NCBI GenBank assembly: GCA_038881595.1
Contig: JAVZPM010000001.1
Location: forward strand, 211,562-275,561
Origin: Candidatus Micrarchaeia archaeon
Lineage (GTDB): Archaea > Micrarchaeota > Micrarchaeia > CABMEP01
Direction: 5' to 3'
Length of the DNA: 64,000 bases
Shown here: positions 1-10,416 of the stretch, piece after piece
Layout of the letters: each line of letters begins with the position of its first letter
Position numbering within the stretch: position 1 is the first letter of the stretch
Program-made: the position numbers and the translations under genes
The notes under the pieces: model-generated
Told to the model about the DNA's origin: nothing
The model's input: only the letters and a program-made list of their open reading frames with translations
Database searches by the model: none

Positions 1-1321
<1,321 letters not shown>

Positions 1322-1416
1322 TATTACCACCACAACATGAATATTAACAAGAGAATAAGTTCTCCTAATTAATATTGTTTCTAATAATTTAAGAATTTTA
1401 CCTATCTCACTTAAAG

Positions 1417-1489
1417 CGAGCCCGAGGGGATTCGAACCCCCAACCTCTTGGTCCGAAGCCAAGCGCTCTATCCGTTGAGCTACGGGCCC
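1417..1489 (-). tRNA. tRNA-Arg(UCG)
   Basis: GGGCCCG acceptor stem, CTTGG-CT-TCG-GA-CCAAG anticodon arm, GGGGG-TTCGAAT-CCCCT T arm; no intron. Confidence 0.95.
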
Positions 1490-1855
1490 AATAATTACTT
1501 CTAGTTATTATCTGTTAATATTATTTATAAATATGCATGCAGTTGACATTCTAATTTTTAGTATTCTATTCTTAACTTTCTTGTAAATGGCATAGGTTTA
1601 TTTATGAATGGAATATGAATAGAATTTTAGATCTGATTTATATAAATCAATATATAGAAATTTTTCAAGAAGTTAGATGTTGAGAATATATTACAATGTA
1701 ATGGAACTAAATATCAAAATTAAAACTGAAATTCTCGCTTATCCAATGCAAATCAATTTATTTAATATTTTGAAAGAAGTGGTCTATAAAATGGAAAAAC
1801 AATAAGTTCAAATAAAAAGAATATTTTACTTGCAAATATATTTTTGTAAAAAAAG

Positions 1856-1962
1856 TAGCGGGGGATGGATTTGAACCATCGGTCTCTGGGTTATGAGCTT
1901 CGCCTTCTGCAAGCATTACACTTGCAAAATCCAGCGGGTACTCCAGGCTACCCTACCCCGCT
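1856..1962 (-). tRNA. initiator tRNA-Met(CAU) with a 32-nt non-canonical intron at 30/31 (1899-1930)
   Basis: AGCGGGG 5' end (A1-U72) is typical of archaeal initiators. Removing ATTTTGCAAG...GGCGAA restores CTGGG-CTCATAA-CCCAG and a 75-nt cloverleaf. Confidence 0.92.
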
Positions 1963-2042
1963 TCTCTCTAATAAATTAAAAAAGTTTATTATAATATATA
2001 GAATAAAAGAATTTAAATATCTTTTATTGTTTCATTAATTTA

Positions 2043-2804
2043 ATGAATTTTTTAGTGAAAAATAAAAAGGGAGTGTTTTCATTTCTTTATCTTTTTGCTA
2101 TATTTACATATCTTCTCTCAGTTCTTTCAATTTATCTTATGATTTATGAAAGAACTTCCTATCTAGAGAATAAAATCTTCATTTTAGAAGAAAGAGCAGG
2201 AAGAGAGCTTGAGTTAAAACATGCAGTAAAAAGAGTAATAATCTATTCAGAACAGATAAGAATAATGCAAGATTTTCTTAAATTTCTATTTCCAGAATAT
2301 TTGCTTGTCTTTGATTCTTCTTATTCTTTATATGGTGTAAATAGACTTAATGATCTGACAAGCGGTGGAAACCATTCATATTATCATTGGAGAGATTATG
2401 CACTGAAGTTCTGGTGTGGATTTCCTTCAGAAAATGAAATAGTTGATATGATAACAATAAAAGGAAGGAAACCAGAATATTTCGGTTCAAATCAGATCTA
2501 TCAGAGATTAAATGTATTCAATGTAGATGATACAGTTATTGTTGGAAATGAAGTAAAAAATATATGTAGCCTTTTCCTTTCAACTTCAATAAATCAATCC
2601 ACTACAATAACAAAACCAAATAAAAAAATAATACAAGGAATCTCAGAAAACATATTGGAAAATACGATATATGATCTAATCAATGTAAAATATGGAGTTA
2701 TGGTTTATGACAGTAAAGAAAACATTTCATCTGCAATCATAATTCCAGAGTCAACAGAAATAATTTGGGATGATTATTTAGGTTTGCAAAAAGTGATTAG
2801 ATGA
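2043..2804 (+). CDS. class III signal peptide-like (pilin-like) protein
   Basis: N-terminus KNKKG/VFSFLYLFAIF followed by a hydrophobic stretch; first of four co-oriented genes with similar N-termini. Confidence 0.6.
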   Translation: MNFLVKNKKGVFSFLYLFAIFTYLLSVLSIYLMIYERTSYLENKIFILEERAGRELELKHAVKRVIIYSEQIRIMQDFLKFLFPEYLLVFDSSYSLYGVNRLNDLTSGGNHSYYHWRDYALKFWCGFPSENEIVDMITIKGRKPEYFGSNQIYQRLNVFNVDDTVIVGNEVKNICSLFLSTSINQSTTITKPNKKIIQGISENILENTIYDLINVKYGVMVYDSKENISSAIIIPESTEIIWDDYLGLQKVIR

Positions 2805-3139
2805 AAGGTCAATTATCATTGGAATTTATTTTCATAATGGCTGTCTATATTCTTTTCATATTTATTCTAGTTTCTTCTCTAGATTATTCTAAGTTCCTAG
2901 AGAAAGTAGAGTTGCAGGAATTTTCCCTTAAGATAAATTCTCTTAGACTAATAGAATCAGAAAGACTCATAAACAACCACTTTACAGATATGAAGATATT
3001 CATAGAAGGATGTTCGATATCAGAAGGAGATAGTAACAAGTCAGTAATCTGCAAGAAGGAAAATATGACTAAGATATCTAAAATACCTTTAACTCAAGCA
3101 GGAGTAGGTCTTCTTACACTTTATAAGCCATTATCTTAA
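2801..3139 (+). CDS. class III signal peptide (type IV pilin-like) protein
   Basis: MKG/QLSLEF matches the canonical archaeal class III motif (K-G/Q-x-S-x-E); overlaps the upstream stop (ATGA). Confidence 0.8.
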   Translation: MKGQLSLEFIFIMAVYILFIFILVSSLDYSKFLEKVELQEFSLKINSLRLIESERLINNHFTDMKIFIEGCSISEGDSNKSVICKKENMTKISKIPLTQAGVGLLTLYKPLS

Positions 3140-3162
3140 TTTAATATATAGCGAGTGATTAG

Positions 3163-3645
3163 ATGATAGGAAGAATGAAAATGAAAAACTGTAGAAGAGG
3201 ACTGTTCAGCGTAGATGCATCATTCGCAGTTATAATTATTCTAACAATGTCATTAATATTTTATACGTTCATTCAGTCAATTTCCTCCTCTTTACATAAT
3301 CTCGAGTCAAGGCAGAAAACTGTTTCATTAATAGTTTTTTCAAATGAGATTGTCAGAAAGGAAGGAGCATACAAATCAAACACAGAAACAATATCTAATC
3401 TTATTTCAATTTCAGATCTGGATTCTTTTGCAATCAAATTAACTTCATTAAACAATAGTGAGTATGGATTTAGCTATATAGAATGGAAGCTATCTAGTAA
3501 AAATGGAAGTGTAGTGAGAAATTTCACTAAACAATTTCATGCAGCAGATAACGATGAGATATTTTGTATTAATCGGCTTGTATTGATAAATGATTTTAAT
3601 TGGCACAAATACGAAGAAGGAATACTTAGAGTTTGTATAAAATAA
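3163..3645 (+). CDS. class III signal peptide (pilin-like) protein
   Basis: RRG/LFSVDASFAVIII: basic residues, Gly, acidic residue at +5, then a hydrophobic helix. Confidence 0.7.
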   Translation: MIGRMKMKNCRRGLFSVDASFAVIIILTMSLIFYTFIQSISSSLHNLESRQKTVSLIVFSNEIVRKEGAYKSNTETISNLISISDLDSFAIKLTSLNNSEYGFSYIEWKLSSKNGSVVRNFTKQFHAADNDEIFCINRLVLINDFNWHKYEEGILRVCIK

Positions 3646-3688
3646 TTTAACAGAATATTGTTTAGACAAGAAAGATGTATGTGATGAT

Positions 3689-4114
3689 ATGTGGAAAAAG
3701 GGGGCAGTATTTACATTAGAGGCGTTGATTACGTTTACATTATTCTTAATTTCAATTACATCTCTTTATCTGTTAATACAACAAAAACAAAATCCTATCC
3801 CATTATATGAAACAGTAATACTGAACGATGTCTATCAAGTTTTAGAGCTAAAATACCATACAGACTTATCTTCATTTGCAAGAACAGGACAGGTTTCAAC
3901 TGAACTGAGAGATTATTTTAATTATGTAAAAGATTCTACTGGTCAAATTATATTTTTAAAATTTGGAAATTTTTTCTATTCAAGCAATAATTCAGTCTCT
4001 TGCATTCCTTTAATTACTCAAAAAAGGCTTCTTGTTTATTTTGATCTAGATATAGGAATAACAGATACAAAGGTAAACTATTTTCATGAATTAACAATAG
4101 GCTTATGCAGATAA
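3689..4114 (+). CDS. class III signal peptide (pilin-like) protein
   Basis: KKG/AVFTLEALITF followed by a hydrophobic helix. Confidence 0.7.
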   Translation: MWKKGAVFTLEALITFTLFLISITSLYLLIQQKQNPIPLYETVILNDVYQVLELKYHTDLSSFARTGQVSTELRDYFNYVKDSTGQIIFLKFGNFFYSSNNSVSCIPLITQKRLLVYFDLDIGITDTKVNYFHELTIGLCR

Positions 4115-4160
4115 AATTAGATTAAGATTTGAATGCACTAATTTGAATGCGCATCTAAAT

Positions 4161-4427
4161 TTATCTCTTTTTCTTCTGCCTTTTTTCATCAACGTTTTGC
4201 TTAGCCGTATTTTTCTTTTCCTGGAGAACAATTGTTGTTGCAAAACCGCTTGCAACCGCAGAAGCGCTTACTAAAGCAGTACTTACTTCAGGTGAAAACA
4301 AAGCGCCAAGAGTCAGCATGCCAAGTCCAGCAACAGTTCCTCCGATTAATCCTTCTAATATTACAGGAACTGATTCCTCTGGCTTAAGCTCTTTTGGAAA
4401 TAATATCTCCTTTACCATAAATATCAC
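4161..4427 (-). CDS. small membrane protein (2 TM, basic C-terminal tail)
   Basis: 88-aa ORF with two Gly/Ala-rich hydrophobic segments. Confidence 0.55.
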   Translation of the reverse strand: MIFMVKEILFPKELKPEESVPVILEGLIGGTVAGLGMLTLGALFSPEVSTALVSASAVASGFATTIVLQEKKNTAKQNVDEKRQKKKR

Positions 4428-4535
4428 ATTTATATTATATTATTTTAATACTTTCTATTTCTTTTATCTCATAACATCTTCATAATCTACTTCTTATATC
4501 AATTTTAATACTCATATTATGTCCATTTTATAGTG

Positions 4536-5057
4536 TTATTTTATATCGTTATCTTTTCTAGGTATATAGAATCTTCCACTTATAAGATTGCATTTCCCTT
4601 CATAAAATAATTTTGCAGTTATGGCCGCAATCTTTGCATCCTCTATGTGTCTTCTAAGCTTATTCTTTTCTCTCTGTATTCCAAGTATTTTTGCAGAGAT
4701 AGATGGACAAACTTCTATAACAGTGAATGCATCCAACATCTTATCTATTTCGATTCCTCTTTTCGCAAGCAGTTTCATGGAATCAAAGAATGGGAATATA
4801 TTATACCCTTCTTTTCTAAGTGTTTTTTCTTCTTCCCTCATGTTGTCGTCAATAGGAAAAGAAAGAGGTGCGTCTATTGCAATTACTCTTGGTTTTATTC
4901 TCAAAACAGATCTTATAATATCTTTATCAGAAAACATTATAGCCTCTTCTATAACTCTTCCTTTAAGATCAATAAAAACTATTCCAGTTGGATTTTTTTC
5001 TTTAGCAGCCAAATCAATACCACAAAAGATAAGGTTTTTCATATATTTTTTAAACAA
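4536..5057 (-). CDS. DUF429-family RNase H-fold predicted nuclease
   Basis: GIDLA...TG, IAIDAPLSFP, VIEVCP and DAKIAA motifs. Confidence 0.8.
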   Translation of the reverse strand: MFKKYMKNLIFCGIDLAAKEKNPTGIVFIDLKGRVIEEAIMFSDKDIIRSVLRIKPRVIAIDAPLSFPIDDNMREEEKTLRKEGYNIFPFFDSMKLLAKRGIEIDKMLDAFTVIEVCPSISAKILGIQREKNKLRRHIEDAKIAAITAKLFYEGKCNLISGRFYIPRKDNDIK

Positions 5058-5149
5058 ACTTTATTTATATTCTTTATGATTAAGGTAGATGTCTAAAACC
5101 CTAAGCACGTATATTTTATATATTTTTTTCATTATATATCTTAGAGTGT

Positions 5150-5285
5150 GCCAGAGTAGCTCAGTGGTAGAGCGCCAGTGAACTTGATTCATTATCTAGT
5201 TCGGCGACACTCATAAGTCAGATTTCTACTCAAGATCTTAGACTAAGAAATCTGGAGGTCGAGGGTTCAATCCCCTCCTCTGGCA
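5150..5285 (+). tRNA. elongator tRNA-Met(CAU) with two introns (5179-5208 at 30/31; 5216-5249 at 37/38)
   Basis: GCCAGAG/CTCTGGC acceptor stem. Removing both introns gives CCAGA-CTCATAA-TCTGG and a 72-nt cloverleaf; both have bulge-helix-bulge-like junctions. Confidence 0.9.
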
Positions 5286-5317
5286 CTTAAGGAAATTATA
5301 TTTATTTTATTTGTGAT

Positions 5318-6460
5318 GTGATGATAAGTGATCCGGTTTCTTTTGCATTATTTTTTTATCAAAATCCTATTCTAGATTTAATAAGTATTGCAATAGATAA
5401 GGCTGGAGTTGCATTCACAATAGGTTTGTTAGTTCTTATTTACATTTTCATAAAATTTAATATTCTCAAAAGATTAGAAAAAAGCATCGGTATCGACGCA
5501 AGAAAAATTGAATACGATTTTTCTCTGTTAAAGAAAAGATTATTCTTTACTTTCGTTGCACTCATTTTAACAATTGCTTCAGTTCAATTCATAAAATTAG
5601 TATATCCGCAAGATAGGCCTTGCACACAAGATCTTGGAATAAACAAGATAGAATGTCCCAATTCCTCATCTTTTCCAAGTACTCACACTGCATCAGCAGC
5701 TGTTTTAGTACCGTTCTCTATCGGCACTTTTCTATTTGCACCATCATTGTTGTTTTATTTAATCGTTGCTTTCTCAAGAGTATATTTAGGAGTACATTAT
5801 CTGACAGATGTTCTTGTGGCCTCTGCATTCGGCTTCTCATGGTATTTTTTATCTGAAATTCTTCTTGAAAAAAATACTGGAAAAAGAATAGCATCCAAAG
5901 CAAGCAATGTATTCAGAGGATTCCTTCACTTATTTTTTGGGCTTTTTATAATGTTTATCCTTACTTTAAGCAGTATCTATTCTCTTTATCCAATCCAAAT
6001 ATCACTTCTTGTACTTTTGTTTATCCTGTTATTTATTTTCTATCTTATAAATCGTACACTTTCGCAAAAGTCAGATATTTTGAATCAGATATTAGATTTT
6101 GTTAGCACAAGGGATAGATTTCACGGCGAAGGTGCTATATGGTTTATCCTTGGAGCAATGCTTTTAATAGGATTTACACAGGACGTTGGAAAATCAATAG
6201 CAGGAGTGTATATTGTAACAATAGGAGATGTTGCCTCAGCAGCATTTTCATCTAAACCAGGAAAGAAATCATTGTTTAAGAATAAGAATTTAATTTCATA
6301 TCTTTCTTTTGTTATAGCAAGCATTCCTTCTCTTTTAGTTCTTGGAATAGGGATATTTCCAATTATCCTTCTAGCAGCATTAATAGAGTCTTTGGATTTA
6401 AAGATTAATGACAATTTCATTCTTTTTGTTTTTCTTACTTTAAGTTTTATGTTTTTATAA
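5318..6460 (+). CDS. PAP2 phosphatase fused to a polyprenol (dolichol/phytol) kinase-like membrane domain
   Basis: PAP2 motifs K...RP, SFPSTH and SRVYLGVHYLTDV; C-terminal half has RGFLH, IGDVASA and LIES...INDN motifs. Confidence 0.75.
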   Translation: MMISDPVSFALFFYQNPILDLISIAIDKAGVAFTIGLLVLIYIFIKFNILKRLEKSIGIDARKIEYDFSLLKKRLFFTFVALILTIASVQFIKLVYPQDRPCTQDLGINKIECPNSSSFPSTHTASAAVLVPFSIGTFLFAPSLLFYLIVAFSRVYLGVHYLTDVLVASAFGFSWYFLSEILLEKNTGKRIASKASNVFRGFLHLFFGLFIMFILTLSSIYSLYPIQISLLVLLFILLFIFYLINRTLSQKSDILNQILDFVSTRDRFHGEGAIWFILGAMLLIGFTQDVGKSIAGVYIVTIGDVASAAFSSKPGKKSLFKNKNLISYLSFVIASIPSLLVLGIGIFPIILLAALIESLDLKINDNFILFVFLTLSFMFL

Positions 6461-6503
6461 TTCTTATTTGTTTTGCATATTGAAAAATGATATAGAACTG
6501 TTG

Positions 6504-8315
6504 TTAAGCCAGCAAGGCATCAAGACTTTCAACCGCCTTCTTTACTCCAGATATTACAAATCCGATAGTTTCTCCTTTCTTCAAGAGGCATACTAATATA
6601 ACGTTTCTTCCATTGTAAATTAATGAATCTCCTTCTGAACCCTTCAATAAAATGTATCTGCTTTGCCCTTTGTCAAATTCAAAGGAAGCCATGTCGCTAT
6701 TTGCTATTGCCTTTGCAGCTATAGCAGATATAAGATTGGAATCAACTTCTTTAGGCATCATCGAAGCAACAAGAAGTCCATCTTTCCTTACTGCTGCCAC
6801 CCCATCAACCTTTCCTCCGCTTACAATGCTATTTAGAACCTGCATTACTTCATTCTTGTCTATTACAACAGTTTTTATTCTTTTCAAGGCACCTTCTTCA
6901 ATTGTAAGCGATTCACCAATGTGCTCAGACATATATCTGGTCAAAGCCCATTTTCTCCATCTTGAAGGTATGTCTGCCAGCATGCTTATTTCAATCTTAT
7001 CATTTGTTTTCAGTAGTTCATCTATTTGGTTCCTCCATTTTGGCCAATTCTCTAAAATCTCTCCTTTACTTGTTAAGCCATCAATTGCAGCTTGAATGTC
7101 AATTATTGACTTATTTATCTGGGGAAGGTATTGTTCAGCATTTTCTGGTGTCAACTCAAGCATGTATCTTTCCATCTTCTTTCTTTCAACTTGCACAAGT
7201 ATCTCTTCATTTTCAGTATCTATTTTGTTTTCAGCAGCATTCATTATTTTATCTTCAAGTTTATCTATCCATGCACTTGCTTCCTTTATCTTTTCCTTTG
7301 CAATCTCCATAGGAGTCATATAATACCTTTCTCCAAACAACATACCTTTTATTATATCCATTAATGAATAGTAGAGAGAGATTATTCCTATTGATATTGC
7401 AAATGCACCTAATAGTTTAGGAACATTTGTTCCTAGCCTCACAAGAGTTTCCATATCTGTGCTGCCTGGAACTTCTTTAGTAAATATAATTATCACAACT
7501 CCAATTATAATACAAGCTATTCCAGTAGCAATCCAAATTAAGTTGTCTTTTCTTCCATGTCCGATGAAATTGTATACTTCTGTCATTAATGGTGTTTTCT
7601 TTATCATGCTAACTACATACGCACCTAATAAGGCAAGTATCTCTAGATATATTAGAACGACTATAAATAGCAGTGTTCCATATATCGCAGAGGCAATATA
7701 GAAATCAAGATTTGCCTTTAGCACATTATATATTCCATCTGCTATTTTAGATATTGTTACAAAGAATGGGACATTCTTAGGATCTATTACACTTACCTCT
7801 AAATATGCAGACTGCGCATATTTTTCAACCCATGCCTTGTTTATTTCTTGAAACACAGTTGTCTTATAATAAATCGTTTTGCCTATATCCTCGCTTCCAG
7901 AGAATGTAAATTTCCAGCTTACAGCGATCGGAGGTTCAGATCTAAGAAGCTCACTGTATTTTGGACTGAATTCTAGCTTATCTAAGCTTAATGCCAAAGA
8001 AGAAGGAATGGTTTCTCTAAGGGTTATGTCAGTTATTTTATCTGTAGCCTTTGAAATTAGTGTTATCTTTACAGTAACTTCATTGCCAAGGTTCTTCTGA
8101 ACAATTATTTCTCTTATCATTGTTATTGACTGAATTTCTTTTGGTGTGAATACATATATTATTTCATCCGGTATTCCATCGTTATTCAGATCTACACTTC
8201 TTTCACTTTGGATCGTTTCTTTCTCAGAAGGATAAACGTTTTTCTGCAGGCAGCCAGACATGAAAATGAATGAGAATAAAACAATCAATAATAATCCAAA
8301 TTTTAGTCTTTTCAT
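6504..8315 (-). CDS. membrane protein with lipobox-like signal, 3 TM helices, coiled coil and C-terminal Roadblock/LC7 domain
   Basis: FIFMSGC N-terminus; DLNNDGIPD; TM block; C-terminal KVDGVAAVRKDGLLVAS...ISAIAA matches the Roadblock pattern. Confidence 0.75.
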   Translation of the reverse strand: MKRLKFGLLLIVLFSFIFMSGCLQKNVYPSEKETIQSERSVDLNNDGIPDEIIYVFTPKEIQSITMIREIIVQKNLGNEVTVKITLISKATDKITDITLRETIPSSLALSLDKLEFSPKYSELLRSEPPIAVSWKFTFSGSEDIGKTIYYKTTVFQEINKAWVEKYAQSAYLEVSVIDPKNVPFFVTISKIADGIYNVLKANLDFYIASAIYGTLLFIVVLIYLEILALLGAYVVSMIKKTPLMTEVYNFIGHGRKDNLIWIATGIACIIIGVVIIIFTKEVPGSTDMETLVRLGTNVPKLLGAFAISIGIISLYYSLMDIIKGMLFGERYYMTPMEIAKEKIKEASAWIDKLEDKIMNAAENKIDTENEEILVQVERKKMERYMLELTPENAEQYLPQINKSIIDIQAAIDGLTSKGEILENWPKWRNQIDELLKTNDKIEISMLADIPSRWRKWALTRYMSEHIGESLTIEEGALKRIKTVVIDKNEVMQVLNSIVSGGKVDGVAAVRKDGLLVASMMPKEVDSNLISAIAAKAIANSDMASFEFDKGQSRYILLKGSEGDSLIYNGRNVILVCLLKKGETIGFVISGVKKAVESLDALLA

Positions 8316-8417
8316 CAGCTCACTGACAGAATATTTATATTAGTAATCTATTCTAAGGAATGTATTTAAATTTAATTATAGAGAACTATATGTTGCTTTT
8401 AGATGCTAGTTGATTTT

Positions 8418-9689
8418 ATGATTGTAAATGCAGATCTTCATCTTCATGGAAAATATTCAGGTGCCGTATCTAATGACATGTTGCCTGCAAAGATAGGAGA
8501 GCAGGCAAAATTAAAAGGACTTCATTTAGTTGGAACCGCAGATATACTTAATATGAAATGGATGGATGAAATTAAAAAGAGTCTTTCAGAAGAAAATGGA
8601 ACATTCATACACTCTTCAGGAACGAGATTCATACTTCAAACAGAAATAGAAGATGCCAATCGAGTTCATCATATATTATTATTTCCTTCAATTAGTAAGG
8701 TTATGGAAGTAAGAGAACGTTTATTTAAATATACCAAAGACTTGGATACAGAAGGAAGACCAAAGGTTCATCTGAATGGAGAAGAGATTGCAGAGATCGC
8801 AATAGAGGCGGAAGCCCTGATTGGACCTTCTCATGCATTTACACCATGGACTTCTCTTTATAAAGAATACAGCTCATTCAAAGATTGTTATGGTAAGTAT
8901 TCGGACAAAATCTATTTCCTTGAATTGGGTTTATCTGCAGATACAGATATGGCAGACAGGATAGAGGAAATAAAAGATTTGACATTCTTAAGCAATAGCG
9001 ATGCACATAGCCCATGGCCTAATAAGATGGGAAGAGAATTCACTTCATTTGAGATGCAGGATATATCATTTGAAGAATTGAAGCTGGCTATAATGAGAAA
9101 AAAAGGAAGAGGACCCGTTCTTAATGTAAAATTTGATCCAAGAGAAGGAAAATATCATAGGACAAGATGCATGAATTGTCTAGTATTCTATTCTCTTAAA
9201 GATGCAGAGTCTTTCAAATGGAGATGTCCAGTATGCCATAAGCCAATAAAAAAAGGAGTGGCAGAAAGAATAGAGGAATTGGCAAACGGAAGAGAAACTA
9301 TTCATCCAGAGCATAGGCCAAAATGTATACATATCATTCCGTTATCAGAAATAATTGCTATAGCACACAACGTAAAAAGTCCGTATTCCCAAAAAGTACA
9401 GGAAATATGGCGTAAGTATATTGAAAACTTTGGAACTGAAATAGACATCTTGATTAAAGCAGACATAAAGGATTTAGAAAGAATAGATAAAAAAGTTTCA
9501 GAATTAATTTCTTCTTTCAGAGAGAATAAGTTCAAATATATACCTGGAGGAGCAGGCCGATATGGAATCCCGGTTCCACCTGGAAAGAAAGCATCTTATA
9601 AAGTATGGAAAGGAAACAAGGTTGTCGAAGTAGATGTCAATGATGAGGAGACATTTTCATCACAACCTTCAATAACCGATTTTATGTAG
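8418..9689 (+). CDS. TIGR00375 / endonuclease Q-family PHP-domain protein
   Basis: ADLHLHGKYS, HAFTPWTS, ELGLSAD, SNSDAHS, GKYH and a CxxC...CPxC Zn finger. Confidence 0.9.
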   Translation: MIVNADLHLHGKYSGAVSNDMLPAKIGEQAKLKGLHLVGTADILNMKWMDEIKKSLSEENGTFIHSSGTRFILQTEIEDANRVHHILLFPSISKVMEVRERLFKYTKDLDTEGRPKVHLNGEEIAEIAIEAEALIGPSHAFTPWTSLYKEYSSFKDCYGKYSDKIYFLELGLSADTDMADRIEEIKDLTFLSNSDAHSPWPNKMGREFTSFEMQDISFEELKLAIMRKKGRGPVLNVKFDPREGKYHRTRCMNCLVFYSLKDAESFKWRCPVCHKPIKKGVAERIEELANGRETIHPEHRPKCIHIIPLSEIIAIAHNVKSPYSQKVQEIWRKYIENFGTEIDILIKADIKDLERIDKKVSELISSFRENKFKYIPGGAGRYGIPVPPGKKASYKVWKGNKVVEVDVNDEETFSSQPSITDFM

Positions 9690-9781
9690 GCTAAGTATAT
9701 AAAATAGTAATAAAAAACAGGCTACAATAAAAAATAGTTAAGCAAATTAAAATAAATAAAAGGAATTAAAAAAGTAAGAAT

Positions 9782-10036
9782 TTATGCGAAACTTTTCTTG
9801 TCAACAATTACATAGTCAGATGCTGCCAAGATTGCTGTGTATGGTATGTATATCAAACCCTCTTCTTTCTTCATTCTTCTCATTGTTGGGTTGTCTGGAT
9901 TGGGTTCGACTACAAGCGTCTCGAGCTTGCCATTCTTCTCGTTGATCAATATATCAACCAATCTGCCTATCTCTTCACCGTCGTTTGTTATCAATTTTCT
10001 GCCTGCCAATTGGCGTGCTAATAGAAGCTTTACCAT
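9782..10036 (-). CDS. PRC-barrel domain protein (possible CdpB-like cell-division accessory)
   Basis: GRKLITNDGEEIGRLVDILINEKNGKLETLVV...IPYTAILAASDYVIV. Confidence 0.85.
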   Translation of the reverse strand: MVKLLLARQLAGRKLITNDGEEIGRLVDILINEKNGKLETLVVEPNPDNPTMRRMKKEEGLIYIPYTAILAASDYVIVDKKSFA

Positions 10037-10063
10037 GTGTCCACCTTTTATTAGTATTTATAT

Positions 10064-10100
10064 GTGAGATTTAAAAATCTATCTAGATTTTAAATCTCAC
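10064..10100. promoter_or_regulatory. near-perfect inverted repeat upstream of the PRC-barrel gene
   Basis: GTGAGATTTAAAAATCTA-TC-TAGATTTTAAATCTCAC (17/18-bp arms, one extra A). Confidence 0.6.
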
Positions 10101-10239
10101 TCGCCTCTAATTCTTATTTGCTGATATACATTTAAAATATTATCTTTTTTTATTTTCATACAGTAATTAATCAGAACAAACTTAAAATGTAGAAAAGCAA
10201 ATTTTTATATTATTTTAAACATATATTATGTTGTCCTTT

Positions 10240-10362
10240 GTGGGGATGGCAGAGCCTGGTCAAATGCGCAGGACTTAAGACCCTGGTACAGGCTTACTCC
10301 TTTATAGAAGTAAGAAATCCTGTGCCGTAGTGGCTACGTGGGTTCAAATCCCACTCCCCACA
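10240..10362 (+). tRNA. tRNA-Leu(UAA) with a 37-nt canonical intron (10280-10316)
   Basis: GTGGGGA/TCCCCAC acceptor stem, CAGGA-CT-TAA-G|intron|A-TCCTG, long variable arm. Confidence 0.92.
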
Positions 10363-10416
10363 TTTTTTTCTTTAAGATAACGTTAATTTTAAATATCTAG
10401 CAATTATATTAACTTT

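Noticed and set aside
1490..1855. AT-rich spacer with loose AATGGAA-like repeats (possible mini-ORB origin) and a ~42-codon ORF
   Set aside because: The repeats are too degenerate for such AT-rich DNA, cdc6 is not adjacent, and the ORF has no RBS or recognisable motif.
4128..4160. ATTTGAATGC direct repeat between converging genes
   Set aside because: Only two 10-bp copies in AT-rich DNA; no function can be supported.
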